Shown piece by piece: positions 28,086-43,362 of a stretch of DNA of 64,000 nt; position 1 is the first letter of the stretch; each line of letters begins with the position of its first letter. The stretch comes from Eledone cirrhosa. Taxonomy: Eukaryota. Made by a program: the position numbers and the translations under genes. The stretch covers positions 30,008,001 to 30,072,000 of the forward strand of contig OZ024756.1 of the NCBI GenBank assembly GCA_964016885.1, given 5' to 3'. The notes below the pieces were generated by a model. That model was not told where the DNA came from. It did not search any database and saw only the letters and a program-made list of their open reading frames with translations.

Positions 28086-28224
28086 GTCCAAAGAATGGTG
28101 AAAGGATGTGACTGGTGGGAAGTCATACGTGTTTGAGACAGTGTATATGTTTTGTCGCGGTATTGAAAGGTTTTGGATGTGGTATAGGTTGAAAAGAGCG
28201 GGCGATGGAGAGTGTGTGCGTCTG

Positions 28225-28310
28225 TATGTTTATTTCAGTATAATTATGTGTATGTTTATTTGTCTGTATGTGTATGTGTCAATATTTCTATATGACTCAC
28301 TGCGTTTTCC

Positions 28311-28342
<32 letters not shown>

Positions 28343-28443
28343 AATATAGGAAAATCCAGTGAGTCATATAGAAATATTGATACATACACATAATTATACC
28401 GAAATAAACATATACTGAACATAATTATACTGAAATAAACATA
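28225..28443. repeat. Imperfect inverted repeat centred on a (TA)n tract
   Basis: tcaatatttctatatgactcactg..ttttcctata vs tataggaaaa..cagtgagtcatatagaaatattga. Confidence 0.85.
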
Positions 28444-28581
28444 TATATAAGTATGTATACGTAAATACATATATGTATACAGACGTACAGTAGTATGTAT
28501 ATATATATACATACATGCACACATATATATATGTACGTATGGATTCACCGAACATTTATTATAATGCTCGGCGTGCTTGTA

Positions 28582-28640
<59 letters not shown>

Positions 28641-28764
28641 ATAATATATATAATTTTATAATAATATATATAATAATATATACATTTTCCACTATCCAGA
28701 GAATATCCAACTGATAAGGTATGATTTTCCTGGGTATGTCTCTATTTATAAAACAAACTTTGTA

Positions 28765-28821
28765 TTTTATCTGAAGAAAGCGTACCAAAGTGTTTTGGTA
28801 CCCTTGAAATATATATAATAA
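28765..28821 (+). ncRNA. Type I hammerhead ribozyme
   Basis: TTTTAT CTGAAGA AAGcGTACCAAA gtgt TTTGGTACcCTT GAAA TATA TA ATAAAA. Confidence 0.85.
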
Positions 28822-28864
28822 ACTAAATATGGTTTTATAAATATAGTTTCCATTTATTTAATAT

Positions 28865-28957
<93 letters not shown>

Positions 28958-28996
28958 AGACCGTAAATATACATACACATACATTACATCCCCCCA

Positions 28997-29029
<33 letters not shown>

Positions 29030-29032
<3 letters not shown>

Positions 29033-29230
29033 GAAGATTGGCTGAAAATTTCATAGGCTGACCAAGATACTCTCATGGAATGACCAAATAAGGTTTAGTT
29101 TTCAACATTGTCCCTGGAAAGAAACAATGCAGTTATTAATAAGAAAAATTGAAATTTATGCATGCAAGATTTCAAAGCTCTAGCATCACTCCTTCATAGC
29201 CAGCCTATGAACTCTTCAGCTCATCCTCCT
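29030..29230. mobile_element. Tc1/mariner-like MITE
   Basis: TIRs acgaagattggctgaaaatttcataggctgac / gccagcctatgaactcttcagctcatcctc. Confidence 0.7.
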
Positions 29231-29233
29231 CCT

Positions 29234-29341
<108 letters not shown>

Positions 29342-29345
29342 CATC

Positions 29346-29515
29346 GGGCGGATTGGTAGCATTGCTTTGCAACATAGAGTTACGACCCTTTAAGATCTGA
29401 GTTCAAATCCCGCCGAGGTTAACGTTGCCTTTCATCCTTACGGGGTCGATAAAATAAAGTACCAGTAATACACTGGCGTAATTGCTGGCATTGTGCCAAA
29501 AGTAGAAACAGTTAT
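29346..29515 (+). mobile_element. tRNA-derived SINE (internal deletion in the head)
   Basis: B-box-like motif, central domain and tail match the family. Confidence 0.9.
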
Positions 29516-29751
29516 TAAAATGAGGTACTGTGATGACGATGGCACAACCAGTAGGATACCAGACAATATATATTCCGCTATGAAGTTACTTCCCTTTACA
29601 TTCTCGGCAGGCCATCGACATTCTTACTTCCACCCGGACTCTAATGATATGAGGAATGGCAGGAGTTATTTAATTGACTATACTGAATATAGTCAGACTC
29701 ACACACATACACACACTCTCTCTCTCTCACACACACACATATATATAACAC

Positions 29752-29826
<75 letters not shown>

Positions 29827-29899
29827 CATATTTATATACATATATATATATAAACATATATATATATATAAACACACACACATATATATATATACACAC

Positions 29900-29931
<32 letters not shown>

Positions 29932-29973
29932 TCATATATATAATATATATAATATATATATATATAGAGAGAG

Positions 29974-30010
<37 letters not shown>

Positions 30011-30102
30011 CATATTTATATACATATATATATATATAAACATATATATATATATATATATATAAACACACACACATATATATATATATATTCATATATA
30101 TA

Positions 30103-30174
<72 letters not shown>

Positions 30175-30265
30175 CAACACTTTGACGCATATGCATATAC
30201 ACCATATAAACAAACAGTCATGTTCCAAAAGCATCTATTCCATGGTCCATCCCTTGTCTAGTCAT

Positions 30266-30300
<35 letters not shown>

Positions 30301-30564
30301 CATACGAGGCTGATTTGCGGCCGTTGTCTCTAGTGTTTACTAAAACATGATTGATGATCCGATATATAATTGATATATAATATAAACTATATCCGCAATT
30401 ATTGTGGTAGTTCCAAGATAGCAAACAGGGATGAAAATCCTATTACAAATTAGACACAGTCTCGTCTACAACATCCGCCTTGCTCATTACTATTGCGGCA
30501 CAACGACGCTTACTCACACAACACATCACTCTTCCCCTCTTCCCCTCTCCCTCTGTCTCTCTGA

Positions 30565-30599
<35 letters not shown>

Positions 30600-30724
30600 T
30601 AAGAACTTATATATATATATGTACATGGGCACAAATGGAATCGTGAATATACATCCGTATACTTATGCTAATAAATATATTCCTGTGCTCACATTTGTTT
30701 ATGTATATATGATGAATGTGTATG

Positions 30725-30853
<129 letters not shown>

Positions 30854-31329
30854 AATATAGACTGTGTGTGTATGTTTATGCATACGTTCCTTTAGTTCAT
30901 CTGTGGATATTGATGTCTTTGTATCTGTCCCACTCTTTAGAAATAGATTATTCAAATTAATATACAACGCTAAACAAACAATTCCTAAAACAGTCAGATT
31001 GTATCAGTCTACTCCTTAAACTCAAATCAAAACTGCTTCCCCTTGCTCAACAATGAAATGATTCATAAGTTTCTAAACTAATCATTGCTTCTATTCTGGA
31101 ACAAATAGAACAACGCTTAAAGGAAATGAGATGCAATGATTGCCTTCCAAATCCGCTGTTTAAATTAGCTCACAAAATATTCTTTATTCTATTAAGGAAA
31201 CGTTTCTTCTCACAGTGTAAATATTATGAAATATTTATAAAAAATACATTGACAAACATACATTTCTAACATTGTATAAAATCTTGCTAATTCCAGCTGT
31301 CAAAATTCCCCTCGTCCACCCCAATTCTA

Positions 31330-32600
31330 ACACCATATAGGTTAAGGCTTTTGTCCTTAATTTCCAAATGAATTCTGAAAGCGTTGCACTATTGTTCACT
31401 GGTCCAACTGAAGGAAAAAAGGGTTTTGATTTTTTTAAAGTTAAAGAGACTGTCATCTTTCTATAGTCCGCCTTCAAGATGAGTGATTTTGGATATTAAT
31501 ATAGATAAGAAATATACACAGATTATCGCAAACACCGGCTGAGTCTTTTGCCTCCATGCTTAGGCTGAATGGTTAATTGGAATGTTTACTTTATTGATAT
31601 AGTCTAGTCGTAGAGGATTATAATTCTAGTTGCTTGGAGTATAATTCCAATCTCTGTATCTTCGACTTTGGTCACTAATTCAGTAATTGTTGAAGATAGT
31701 CACTAATTTGACATTAATTATTCTAGAAGGGGAGGCTAATAAAGTTTTGATATGGAATCAGTAAATAACAACTTGGATATTGTTCCACACTTATAAAGGA
31801 AGCTTCTTTAGGTTTAAATATAATCCTACTTAGCATGTATCTATGAGTGAATCTAATATCAGTTTTAGTAGAACTTATTAATCTAACAAATGGATTTTGG
31901 CCAAAATTGATTTTATGGTCTTTGAAGGTGCAGTACGTATTCCTTACAGATCAGTTGTTATTTATTTAGTCGTGTGTACTGATGTCTTTCAAAGTATTCT
32001 TGTTAGAATATTTTACGTAATCGTTATGGAAATCAATAAAAATGTATGATAATTAGATTCATCGGTTTCATGCAAATTCTAAGTCTTATAAAATCGAACA
32101 AATGTTTCATTACAATCTTTCATTTTTGATTGCATTTTAACCTTAAATTCATCACGGAATCGATTGTTGTATTATCTGATTTTTATATTCTTAATTAACA
32201 GAAGTAGTGATAGGAACGACGTATTTAGAGTTTTTGGGTTGTGTGTGAGATGTTTAATAATATAGTTTTTTCACAATGTAGATGTTTGGATGTCGTTTCT
32301 AGAATTTACTAACAACGTATCTATGCCGTATCACTGCTAAACATTTTAAATTTAGATTATATAACCATACTCACTCATTCGCAACGACAATAGTGCAGCG
32401 CTCTCAGAATTCATTTGGAAATTAAGGACGACAGCCTTAACCTATAACCTAAAATAGAAGATCTCTATTTAGTTAAATCGTTTACAAGGAATAAGCAAGC
32501 ACCTTTAAACCTCTGTCATAATTAATTATATTCTATACACGGTTCGTGTTTGCTTCTAAACAGGTAGGTTGAAACCAATCAATCTTTTCTACTAATCTAA
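31330..32600 (+). mobile_element. Highly decayed Penelope-like element (RT plus GIY-YIG remnants) with an inverted 3' fragment at its 5' end
   Basis: RLYNHTHSF..NSAALSEFIWKLR..YNLK at 32350-32460; inverted copy at 31337-31395; weak RT remnants SDFG (~31480), IFDF (~31660) and FEGA (~31920). Confidence 0.65.
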
Positions 32601-32686
32601 CCTATCAGTACTTCTATACGATATTATCTAATGTTTGTACACATCCAGTCGCAACATTGATCTATAAATTATCCCAATAGTGTATT

Positions 32687-32915
32687 TTCGTTACCATATT
32701 TTTAATGAACGATACTGCATATGATTTTCAAATAGTTTTGGCAATAACAAAAACATTGAAATAATTTTACCATTATCAAAGTAGCATTTGAAACAAGTTT
32801 CTAATATGAAATTATGATAGAAGTATTGTAGATAAATACAAACACTTTAAAATAAACCAATTTTCTAATGCATGACTAGAGGCGTTTTGAAGATATCTGT
32901 CATCAAAAGGGTTAA
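32687..32915 (+). mobile_element. piggyBac-like MITE (decayed)
   Basis: ttcgttaccatattt start and aaagggTTAA end; related to the array at 55879. Confidence 0.55.
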
Positions 32916-33186
32916 AGAATACAACTTCATAATTAGATTAAATCCCAAATCCTTATAGTCATATTTTCTTTTAAATCTCCATCGTAATCTCCCACCTAAG
33001 GAATTCTAGATTTATTATTTGAGAACATGTAATTAAGCTAACCTCTTTAATTAATATAATCTTATGATTCTTTTCATAAACACATTATATATTAATGTAA
33101 CCTTGCTACTATTAAAAATATCTTTTCAACATTAAATATATTTATACATGTTTATGCATAAACACACACACACATATATATATGTA

Positions 33187-33269
<83 letters not shown>

Positions 33270-33270
33270 T

Positions 33271-33303
<33 letters not shown>

Positions 33304-33346
33304 ATATATGTATATATATACATATATATGTTTATATATATATATA

Positions 33347-33485
<139 letters not shown>

Positions 33486-33722
33486 TAAAATAAAATATAA
33501 AATATATATAAAATCTGTGTGTGTGTGTGGATGTGTATGTTGTATCAACTCAGGTTCTCAACAACGCAACATTTGATTAAAATTTATAAATTTTAATAAT
33601 CTCTTGCCTTTAGAAAAATCAATTTTGGTTTTCGTGAAACTTTATAAAGATTCTTATTATTATGTCATTAATATTAAATAAGGCTCCCCCCAAAAGGCAC
33701 TATGAAATTATAAAATGGCCGT

Positions 33723-33836
33723 CTTAATAGCTCTCATATTAAACTTGATATCTTAACAGCTCTTATGTTAAACTGAACATCTTAATAATGCTCATATTAA
33801 ACTAGGTATCTTAATAGCTCTCATATTAATCTTATA
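33723..33836. repeat. ~29-bp repeat, 4 copies
   Basis: cttaatagctctcatattaaact units. Confidence 0.8.
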
Positions 33837-34169
33837 TTTCGACTTCAAAGTGACTCATTCAGATTTCCCACAACAATACAGCTAACCCCATCCTGCAATA
33901 TTATATACAGAATCCAGATAAATATCATATGACACAACCCTGCTGAAAAATCAATATGAATTCTCTTAATTCATTAATCGCGAAGCTGTTCGCTCTAGCG
34001 GTTACTGTGTTGGACATACGATTGTAATATTGTAGGCTTGATTCCTGGATCGGATTTCACGTAGTCGCCTTGAACACAGCACTGCACTTCTAGTAGCCTA
34101 GCTAAAAATTAGTACCAATAGTGTAATCAACTGAAGCATAAATCTGCGATTGATTGGTGTCCTGTACAC

Positions 34170-34373
34170 CAGGCATGTCAAACATGCTGCCCGCGGGCCG
34201 CATGTGGCCCTTTACAATACACCTTCGACCCGCACAAAAGTTTTTAAAGCGCGAGCATGTTTTATCTTCGTAAAATTAATTGTAATGTGCGCACTTATTT
34301 GTCGTGTGTGGCCCTCAGACAACACATATGTGACCCATGTGGTCTTCGGGGAACTCTCAATTTCACATGCCTG
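34170..34373 (+). mobile_element. hAT (Charlie-like) MITE with an 8-bp TSD
   Basis: TIR CAGGCATGTCAAA / tttcacatgcctg; TSD CTGTACAC / CTGTACAT. Confidence 0.85.
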
Positions 34374-34535
34374 CTGTACATGGTATTGGACCCTCATTTG
34401 CTTGACTTTAATAAAACCGGCCTTATGAACCCCCAGATTTGCAACAGACTTTAATCTTTAACCTTTTAAATTTATGAATTAATTCTATAGTTAATTAATT
34501 TTAAGTGTTTTATTATTATTAAAGGTATAGAGCGC

Positions 34536-34713
34536 TGTGGATTATCAGTATAGGTAGAGAGTCGGACGTCATGCTTTGCAGCATAGAGTTACGGCCCTTT
34601 ACGGTCTGAGTTCAAATCCCGTCGATGTTAACTTTGCCTTTCATCCTTTCGGGGTCGATAAAATAAAGCACTGGGATAATTGCTGGCCTTGTATCAACAG
34701 TAGAAACAATTAT
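34536..34713 (+). mobile_element. tRNA-derived SINE
   Basis: Matches the 18115 family. Confidence 0.9.
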
Positions 34714-35651
34714 TAAAGGTATATATTAAAGTTAGAATAACTTAGTATTTAAGCTGTTGGACCTAAGATCGCTTCCCAGCTGCATGTTATGTCCTTGAGC
34801 AAGATATCCACTTTATTTCACTTTGCATCAGTTCAGTTAGCAATTGAAAGGGTCAGTCTTGTCACACATGGTACCATGGTGAATTTCGTTATGGATACAC
34901 GTGTTAGTGAAATGCTCATTCACTTGAACGTCGATTTAATGAGCAGGCTCTTCCTTTGATAGAATTAACTGGAACGTTCGTCATCGCAACCGAGTGAGGT
35001 CAAACAATAACAACATATTCATTTTTTTTTAAAATTACGGTTTTGAGGACAAGGCTCTCCCCATTGTAGGGGTAATATCTCTGCTGCAGATCCTTTTTTT
35101 TTTATAAGCTGAATGGATTAGAGGAACATGAAATGTATGCGTTTCTAAGTAAGGGTGTGTATTTGCGTGGTAGTATTAGTATTGAGGTTAGTTAGCAAAT
35201 GAAACAGAGCATTAACGTAACTCGGAACCATATTGTTGTTTATTTGTTGTTGTTATTGGACCTCAGTCGGTTTCCAACGACGAGTGCTCCAGTTCTTACA
35301 AACAATTCAAGCACACGACGTGTGACACTATCTGTAACTCACGCCTTAGACATATAGTTAAATTACTTCCTCATTCTCTACCTTTGTTGCTTCATCAAAT
35401 CCAATTTATAGAGCAATGAATGAAGCACTCATACTCATATAGTGTTCAGAATGTCAGTATATTTGTTACAAATAGTAATTGTTTATTTCGAAATTTCACC
35501 GAAGCTTCCGAAATTTTAAAACACCACCATCACCCACTCCCATCCACCCCACTGCGCACACAACCAGGCTGACATATTTGTCACTTTTGTGTCGTATATA
35601 AAAGTATTATTGAAATTTTAATTCTATTATTCAATGTCTCATAACCATATA

Positions 35652-35741
<90 letters not shown>

Positions 35742-36276
35742 CATATATACACACACGCACACATATATATATATATGCATGCATGTATGTATTTATGTAT
35801 ATGTAAGTCCGTATGTATGTATGTAGGTAGGTACATATATGTATGGATGGTGGAGAAGTTTTCAAACTCACATGTGACTACATCCACACGAAACTTTATA
35901 TAAGATTTAACGCAACAGTTAGTAAGAATTTAGTATTTGTTATGCCTGGCTGCCTTTGACTTCACACCTGATGGTTCCGACTTACGTTAATGCTCTCTGG
36001 TTCATTTGCTAACTAACCTCAATACCAATTCCAACATCCAAATGCATACCCATACATAGATACACATACATACATACATAGATACATAGATACATACATA
36101 CATACATACATACATACATACATACATACATACATACATACATAGATACATACATACATACATACATACATAGAGTTACATGCACGTATGTATGCACTCA
36201 CCTTCTTACATACAGGATTTGGCTTCCTACCAAATGCAATAGTTAGTGTACATACATACATATACACAGATATATG

Positions 36277-36365
<89 letters not shown>

Positions 36366-36370
36366 GCATA

Positions 36371-36439
<69 letters not shown>

Positions 36440-36544
36440 GCATGTATATCTATATACGTATATATATATATATATATTATATATATATACATATATATAT
36501 GTATATATATATATATAGTTTCTGTAGTTTGCGGATATCAAATT

Positions 36545-37790
36545 CGATGTAGTGTATTGTGGTGTAGTGTGGTGCAGTGTGGTGTGGTGTAGTGTAGTGT
36601 GGTGTAGTATAGTGTAGTGTAGTGTAGTGTAGTATGGTGTGGTGGGGGTGTAGTGTGGTGTAGTGTGGTGTAGTGTAGTGTAGTGTAGTGAGATGTAGCG
36701 TGGTGTAGTGTTGTGTAGTGGGGTGTGATGTGGTGTAGTGTAGTGTAGTGTAGTGAGATGTAGCGTGGTGTAGTGTGGTGTAGTGTGGTGTGGTGTAGTG
36801 TAGTGTGGTGTAGTGTGGTGTAGTATAGTGTAGTGTAGTGTAGTGTAGTATGGTGTGGTGGGGGTGTAGTGTGGTGTAGTGTAGTGTAGTGAGATGTAGC
36901 GTGGTGTAGTGTGGTGTAGTGTGGTGTAGTGTGGTGTGATGTGGTGTAGTGTGGTGTGATGGTCTAGAACTGTTCGAAGAAGTGGAACACTCGTCGTCGG
37001 AACCGATGGAGGTCCAAAAATAACAAGAAGATCAACAACAACAATAATACAGTGGAGTTGTGCGGTGTGGTGTGTTGTGGTGTAGTGTGGTGCTATATAA
37101 TGCAATGTGGTGTGGTGTGGTGTGGTGTGTTGTGGTGTAAAGCGTTGTGGTGTAAAGTGTTGTGGTGTAGTGTGGTGCTATATAATTGTTTCTACTATTG
37201 GCACAAGGCCAGCAATTACCCAGTACATTACTGGTACATTATTTTATCGACCCGGTAAGGATGAAAGGCAAAGTTAACCTCGGCGGGATTTGAACTCAGA
37301 CCGTAAAGGGACGTAACTATGCTAGAAAGCATGGCGTCCAACCCTCTACCGATACTGCCAATTCACCGTGCAATGTGGTATGGTGTGATGTGGTGTGGTG
37401 TGGTGTGTTGTAGAGTGATGTAGTGTTGTGTAGTGTAGTGTAGTGTAGTGTGGTGTGGTGCTATATAGTGTAGTGTAGTGCAGTGTGGTATGGTGTGGGA
37501 TAGTGTAGTGTAGTATGGTGTGGTGGGGTGTAGTGTGGTGTGGTGCTATATAGTGTAGTGTAGTGCAGTGTGGTATGGTGTGGTATAGTCTAGTGGAGTG
37601 TGGTATTCTGTGGTGGGGTGTAGTGTGATGTGGTGCTATATAGTGTAGTGTAGTGTAGTGCAGTGTGGTGTGGTGTAGTGTAGTGCAGTGTGGTATGGTG
37701 TGGGGTAGTGTAGTGCAGTGTGGTATGGTGTAGTATAGTATAGTATAGTGTAGTGTAGTATGGTGTGGTGGGGTGTAGTGTGGTGCTATA
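36545..37790. repeat. (GTGTA/GTGTG)n pentamer array interrupted by SINE pieces
   Basis: Directly visible. Confidence 0.9.
37184..37368 (-). mobile_element. tRNA-derived SINE
   Basis: Full-length reverse-complement match to the family. Confidence 0.9.
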
Positions 37791-37914
37791 CAGTATGGAG
37801 TTGTATGGAATGGAGTGATAATGATGGCTTGACGTTTTTAAAAATTAAATGCCAGACGAAGAAAAAAAAAATGAGCGAACCAAAATTTGAATCAAAATAG
37901 AATGAAAGCCAGGG

Positions 37915-38908
37915 AACAACAACAACAATAACAACATCAATAACAACAACAATAACAACATCAACAACAACAACAACAATAACAATAACAACAACAATAA
38001 CAACAACAATAACAACATCAACAACAGCAACAACAACAATAACAACAACAACAATAACAACAACAATAACATCATCAACAACAGCAACAACAACTATATA
38101 ACAACAGCCAAAACAACAATACAACAACAGCCACAACAACAATACAACAACAGCCACAACAACAATACAACAACAGCCACAACAACAATATAACAACAGC
38201 CACAACAACAATACAACAACAGCCACAACAACAATACAACAACAGCCACAACAACAATACAACAACAGCCACAACAACAGCCACAACAACAATAAAACAA
38301 CAGCCACAACAACAACACAACAACAGCCACAACAACAATACAACAACAGCCACAACAACAATACAACAACAGCCACAACAACAGCCACAACAACAATACA
38401 ACAACAGCCACAACAACAGCCACAACAACAATACAACAACAATATAACAACAGCCACAACAACAATACAACAAGAGCCACAACAACAATACAACAACAGC
38501 CACAACAACAGCCACAACAACAGCCACAACAACAGCCACAACAACAATACAACAACAATACAACAACAGCCACAACAACAATACAACAACAGCCTCAACA
38601 ACAATACAACAACAAACCATGACAACAACAACACCAATAACAGCACCGACACCAGTACAACAACGACCAGAACAACGACCACAACAACAACAACAAAACC
38701 ACAACAACCACAACAAAAACAACACCAACAACACCAACACCAATACAACCGACCACAACAACCACAACAACAACAACAACAACACCACCAACACCAATAC
38801 TACAACAACAACAACAACAACAATATCAACCACAACAACACCAACACCAATACAACCGACCACAACAACCACAACAACAACAACAACAACACCACCAACA
38901 CCAATACT

Positions 38909-38940
<32 letters not shown>

Positions 38941-39260
38941 ATCAACCACAACAACACCAACACCAATACAACCGACCACAACAACCACAACAACAACAAC
39001 AACAACAACACCACCAACACCAATACTACAACAACAACAACAACAACAATATCAACCACAACAACACCAACACCAATACAACCGACCACAACAACCACAA
39101 CAACAACAACAACAACACCACCAACACCAATACTACAACAACAACAACAACAATATCAACCACAACAACACCAACACCAATACAACCGACCACAACAACC
39201 ACAACAACAACAACACCACCAACACCAATACTAGAACAACAACAACAACAACAGCAATAT
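37915..39260. repeat. (ACA)n-derived arrays with ~24-bp and ~110-bp higher-order units
   Basis: Recurring acaacagccacaacaacaat and caatacaaccgaccacaac. Confidence 0.9.
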
Positions 39261-39519
39261 CAAAACCACACATGTTGTTTAACGTGTGATCAATCATCGA
39301 AATAACCAAATCTAAGAAGTTTCCAGACTCTTCTGGCACCGATTCAAACTCATTACTGCCACATTCAGCAGCAGCAGCAGCACCACCACCACTGCCACTG
39401 CTGCTACATCGACCACCACCGCCACCACCACCATCACCACAAACAAAACCACCACTGCCACATTCAGTACAAACACCATCACCACCACTGCCACCACCAC
39501 CACCACCACCACCACCACC

Positions 39520-40110
39520 ACCATCACTGTCTCATCCAGCATCGCCACCACTGCCACTAACAACACCACCACTACCACTGCCACCACTACCACTGCCACC
39601 ACCACCACCACCATCACCACCAGCGCGACATTCAGTACAAACACCATCACCACCACTACCACTGTCTCATCCAGCATCGCCACCACTGCCACTAACACCA
39701 CCACCACTACCACTGCCACCACCACCACCACCACTACCACTGTCTCATCCAGCATCGCCACCACTGCCACTAACACCACCACCACTACCACTGCCACCAC
39801 CATCACCACCACTACCACTGTCTCATCCAGCATCGCCACCACTGCCACTAACACCACCACTACTACCACTGCCACCACCACCACCACCACTACCACTGTC
39901 TCATCCAGCATCGCCACCACTGCCACTAACACCACCACCACTACCACTGCCACCACCATCACCACCACTACCACTGTCTCATCCAGCATCGCCACCACTG
40001 CCACTAACACCACCACTACTACCACTGCCACAACCATCACCACCACTACCACTGTCTCATCCAGCATCGCCACCACTGCCACTAACACCACCACTACTAC
40101 CACTGCCACA
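39520..40110. repeat. 78-bp minisatellite
   Basis: actgtctcatccagcatcgcc at 39661, 39739, 39817, 39895, 39973 and 40051. Confidence 0.9.
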
Positions 40111-40220
40111 ACCACCACCACCACCACCACCAGCACAACCACTGCTACCACGACCATCGCCACCACCACCACTGCTACATTCAGCATCATTACCATCACT
40201 GACAAAATTAGCACTACCAT

Positions 40221-41480
40221 CCATCGTAACAACCATTAACACGTCCAGTAATCCACCACAACCATCGTAACAGCCATTAACACATCCAGTAATCCACCAC
40301 AACCATCGTAACAACCATTAACACGTCTAGTAATCCACCACTACCATCGTAACAACCATTAACACATCCAGTAATCCACCACTACCATCGTACAACCATT
40401 AACACATCCAGTAATCCACCACTACCATCGTAACAACCATTAACACGTCTAGTAATCCACCACTACCATCGTAACAACCATTAACACATCCAGTAATCCA
40501 CCACTACCATCGTAACAACCATTAACACATCCAGTAATCCACCACTACCATCGTAACAACCATTAACACGTCCAGTAATCCACCACAACCATCGTAACAA
40601 CCATTAACACATCCAGTAATCCACCACTACCATCGTAACAACCATTAACACGTCTAGTAATCCACCACTACCATCGTAACAACCATTAACACATCCAGTA
40701 ATCCACCACAACCATCGTAACAACCATTAACACGTCTAGTAATCCACCACTACCATCGTAACAACCATTAACACATCCAGTAATCCACCACTACCATCGT
40801 AACAACCATTAACACGTCTAGTAATCCACCACTACCATCGTAACAACCATTAACACATCCAGTAATCCACCACAACCATCGTAACAACCATTAACACGTC
40901 TAGTAATCCACCACTACCATCGTAACAACCATTAACACGTCCAGTAATCCACCACAACCATCGTAACAACCATTAACACATCCAGTAATCCACCACAACC
41001 ATCGTAACTACCATTAACACGTCCAGCAAACTACCACTACCATCGTAATAACCATTAACACGTCCAGTAATCCACCACTACCATCGTAACAACCATTAAC
41101 ACATCCAGTAATCCACCACTACCATCGTAACAACCATTAACACGTCCAGTAATCCACCACTACCATCGTAACAACCATTAACACGTCCAGTAATCCACCA
41201 CTACCATCGTAACAACCATTAACACATCCAGTAATCCACCACTACCATCGTAACTACCATTAACACGTCCAGCAAACTACCACAACCACTGTAACAATCA
41301 TTAATACGTCCAGTAATCCACCACAACCATCGTAACTACCATTAACACGTCCAGCAAACTACCACAACCACTGTAACAATCATTAATACGTCCAGTAATC
41401 CACCACAACCATCGTAACTACCATTAACACGTCCAGCAAACTACCACAACCACTGTAACAATCATTAATACCACCAGTAA
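40221..41480. repeat. 41-bp minisatellite, about 30 copies
   Basis: ccatcgtaacaaccattaacacgtccagtaatccaccacta. Confidence 0.95.
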
Positions 41481-41758
41481 ACTACTAACACAATTAGCAC
41501 TACTATTGCAACAACCACACATTTTTAAATGTCGTACACAGCATATATACAAATCGGTCAGGAGAAAATTGATTAAAGCAAAGAAAAAGTTTTAACATCG
41601 ACAGTAAATTGCAAGAAACATAATAACTGTTATTTTCCATTCATACCCCAACTTCACAGGATCTATGTGGACCGCTCATTGCTACGTAAGATAAATATAG
41701 AAATAATTAATTAATTAAATATATAAATAAATAAAAGTAGACATAGGCAAGGCTATGT

Positions 41759-41954
41759 TAGATTGCCAACCTCTAAAAAACCCAAACAGGAAGTACCATG
41801 AAAAAATGTGTCCCCAAACGGGGAAAAAATAAAGCAAAATGGGGAGATTTTGCGTAATGGAAGCTATACATATTTTCACAAGAGAAGACATCGCTCACCC
41901 ACTCCAAAGTGAGTGGGAGATCTCCCCGTCGAACGGGGAGAGTTGACAGGTCTC
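41759..41954 (+). mobile_element. MITE (possibly hAT) with short TIRs
   Basis: agattgccaacctct / agagttgacaggtct; second copy at 27700. Confidence 0.65.
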
Positions 41955-42288
41955 CTATATGGTTAAGGAGTTCGCTTCACGATCACAGGTTTCTCTCGTA
42001 CAGTCTGATTGCACTATGGCACCTTGGGTCTTCTTCTGTAACCCCAGGTTGACCAGTAACTTGTAGAGTGAAATTTAGTAGAAGGAAATAGTGTGTCTCT
42101 CTCACTGTATTTCTCTCACAAGTTATGCTTTCCTGCCGATACACCAAGTTGTTGCCACCTTGTGCATTCGTTACATATGAAATGTCCGTGATCTGCAGCA
42201 GACAACTGATGAAGGGACATATCCCCGGTTCGTGCTTTCCTCTTATTTATAAATACACTTTATCCAGCAACCACACAGTCACTGTTTC

Positions 42289-42354
<66 letters not shown>

Positions 42355-42711
42355 TGCGTGTATGTATATATATATCTGTGTGTGTGTGTATGTGTGTGGT
42401 AGTGTTCGTGTATGTGTGTGCCTATGTTTACGTTGTGTCTGAGTTCATATCGGAACAATATGAAAAGAAGTAATAGGGTCGGTATGATCAAGTAAACCAA
42501 GCTGTTGCCCCAGCATGGCAGCAGACTAATGCCTAAAACAAATAAAAGAATAAAAAAAGAATTTAAAACATAACAGAATAAAGAATAATATAAATAACAT
42601 GAAGATAAAAGCAAGGGAAATTACTAATGAAATTCCAGGCTTGCCTCTTGCTTAATTGGTTAGCCTAATTAATTAAAATTAAGAACGTTTAAATGATCAA
42701 GAAGACCGAGA

Positions 42712-42758
<47 letters not shown>

Positions 42759-42851
42759 AAAAGAAAAGCGACCGAATTCTGATACTACGATCCCACACAT
42801 TTTGGAAATGTATGTATGTGTGTGTATATACGTTTTCATGTATGTGTATAC

Positions 42852-42914
<63 letters not shown>

Positions 42915-42963
42915 TACATATATATATACATATATATATATTTATATATGTATATATATATGT

Positions 42964-43048
<85 letters not shown>

Positions 43049-43097
43049 TACATATATATATACATATATATATATTTATATATGTATATATATATGT

Positions 43098-43163
<66 letters not shown>

Positions 43164-43331
43164 TAGCTTTACAGTATATGATATGTGACCAGATTCCAAC
43201 TGAATTGAAACGGAATGAATTTTGTAAAATTGTTCTATGATTAAAAAAACATCACAGAATTTCTCGCCTGAAATATTTAGCACTGTGTATACTACTAAGC
43301 CTTGTTCTCATTAACAAAATGGTAATTAAAT

Positions 43332-43362
<31 letters not shown>

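Noticed and set aside
36961-37050. Unique island in the pentamer array as a possible exon
   Set aside because: It is a reverse-complement homolog of 35240-35310 and similar to 34960-35010, so it is a dispersed repeat tail.
40221-41480. CRISPR-like regular array
   Set aside because: The units are contiguous with no unique spacers, the context is eukaryotic, and there are no cas genes.
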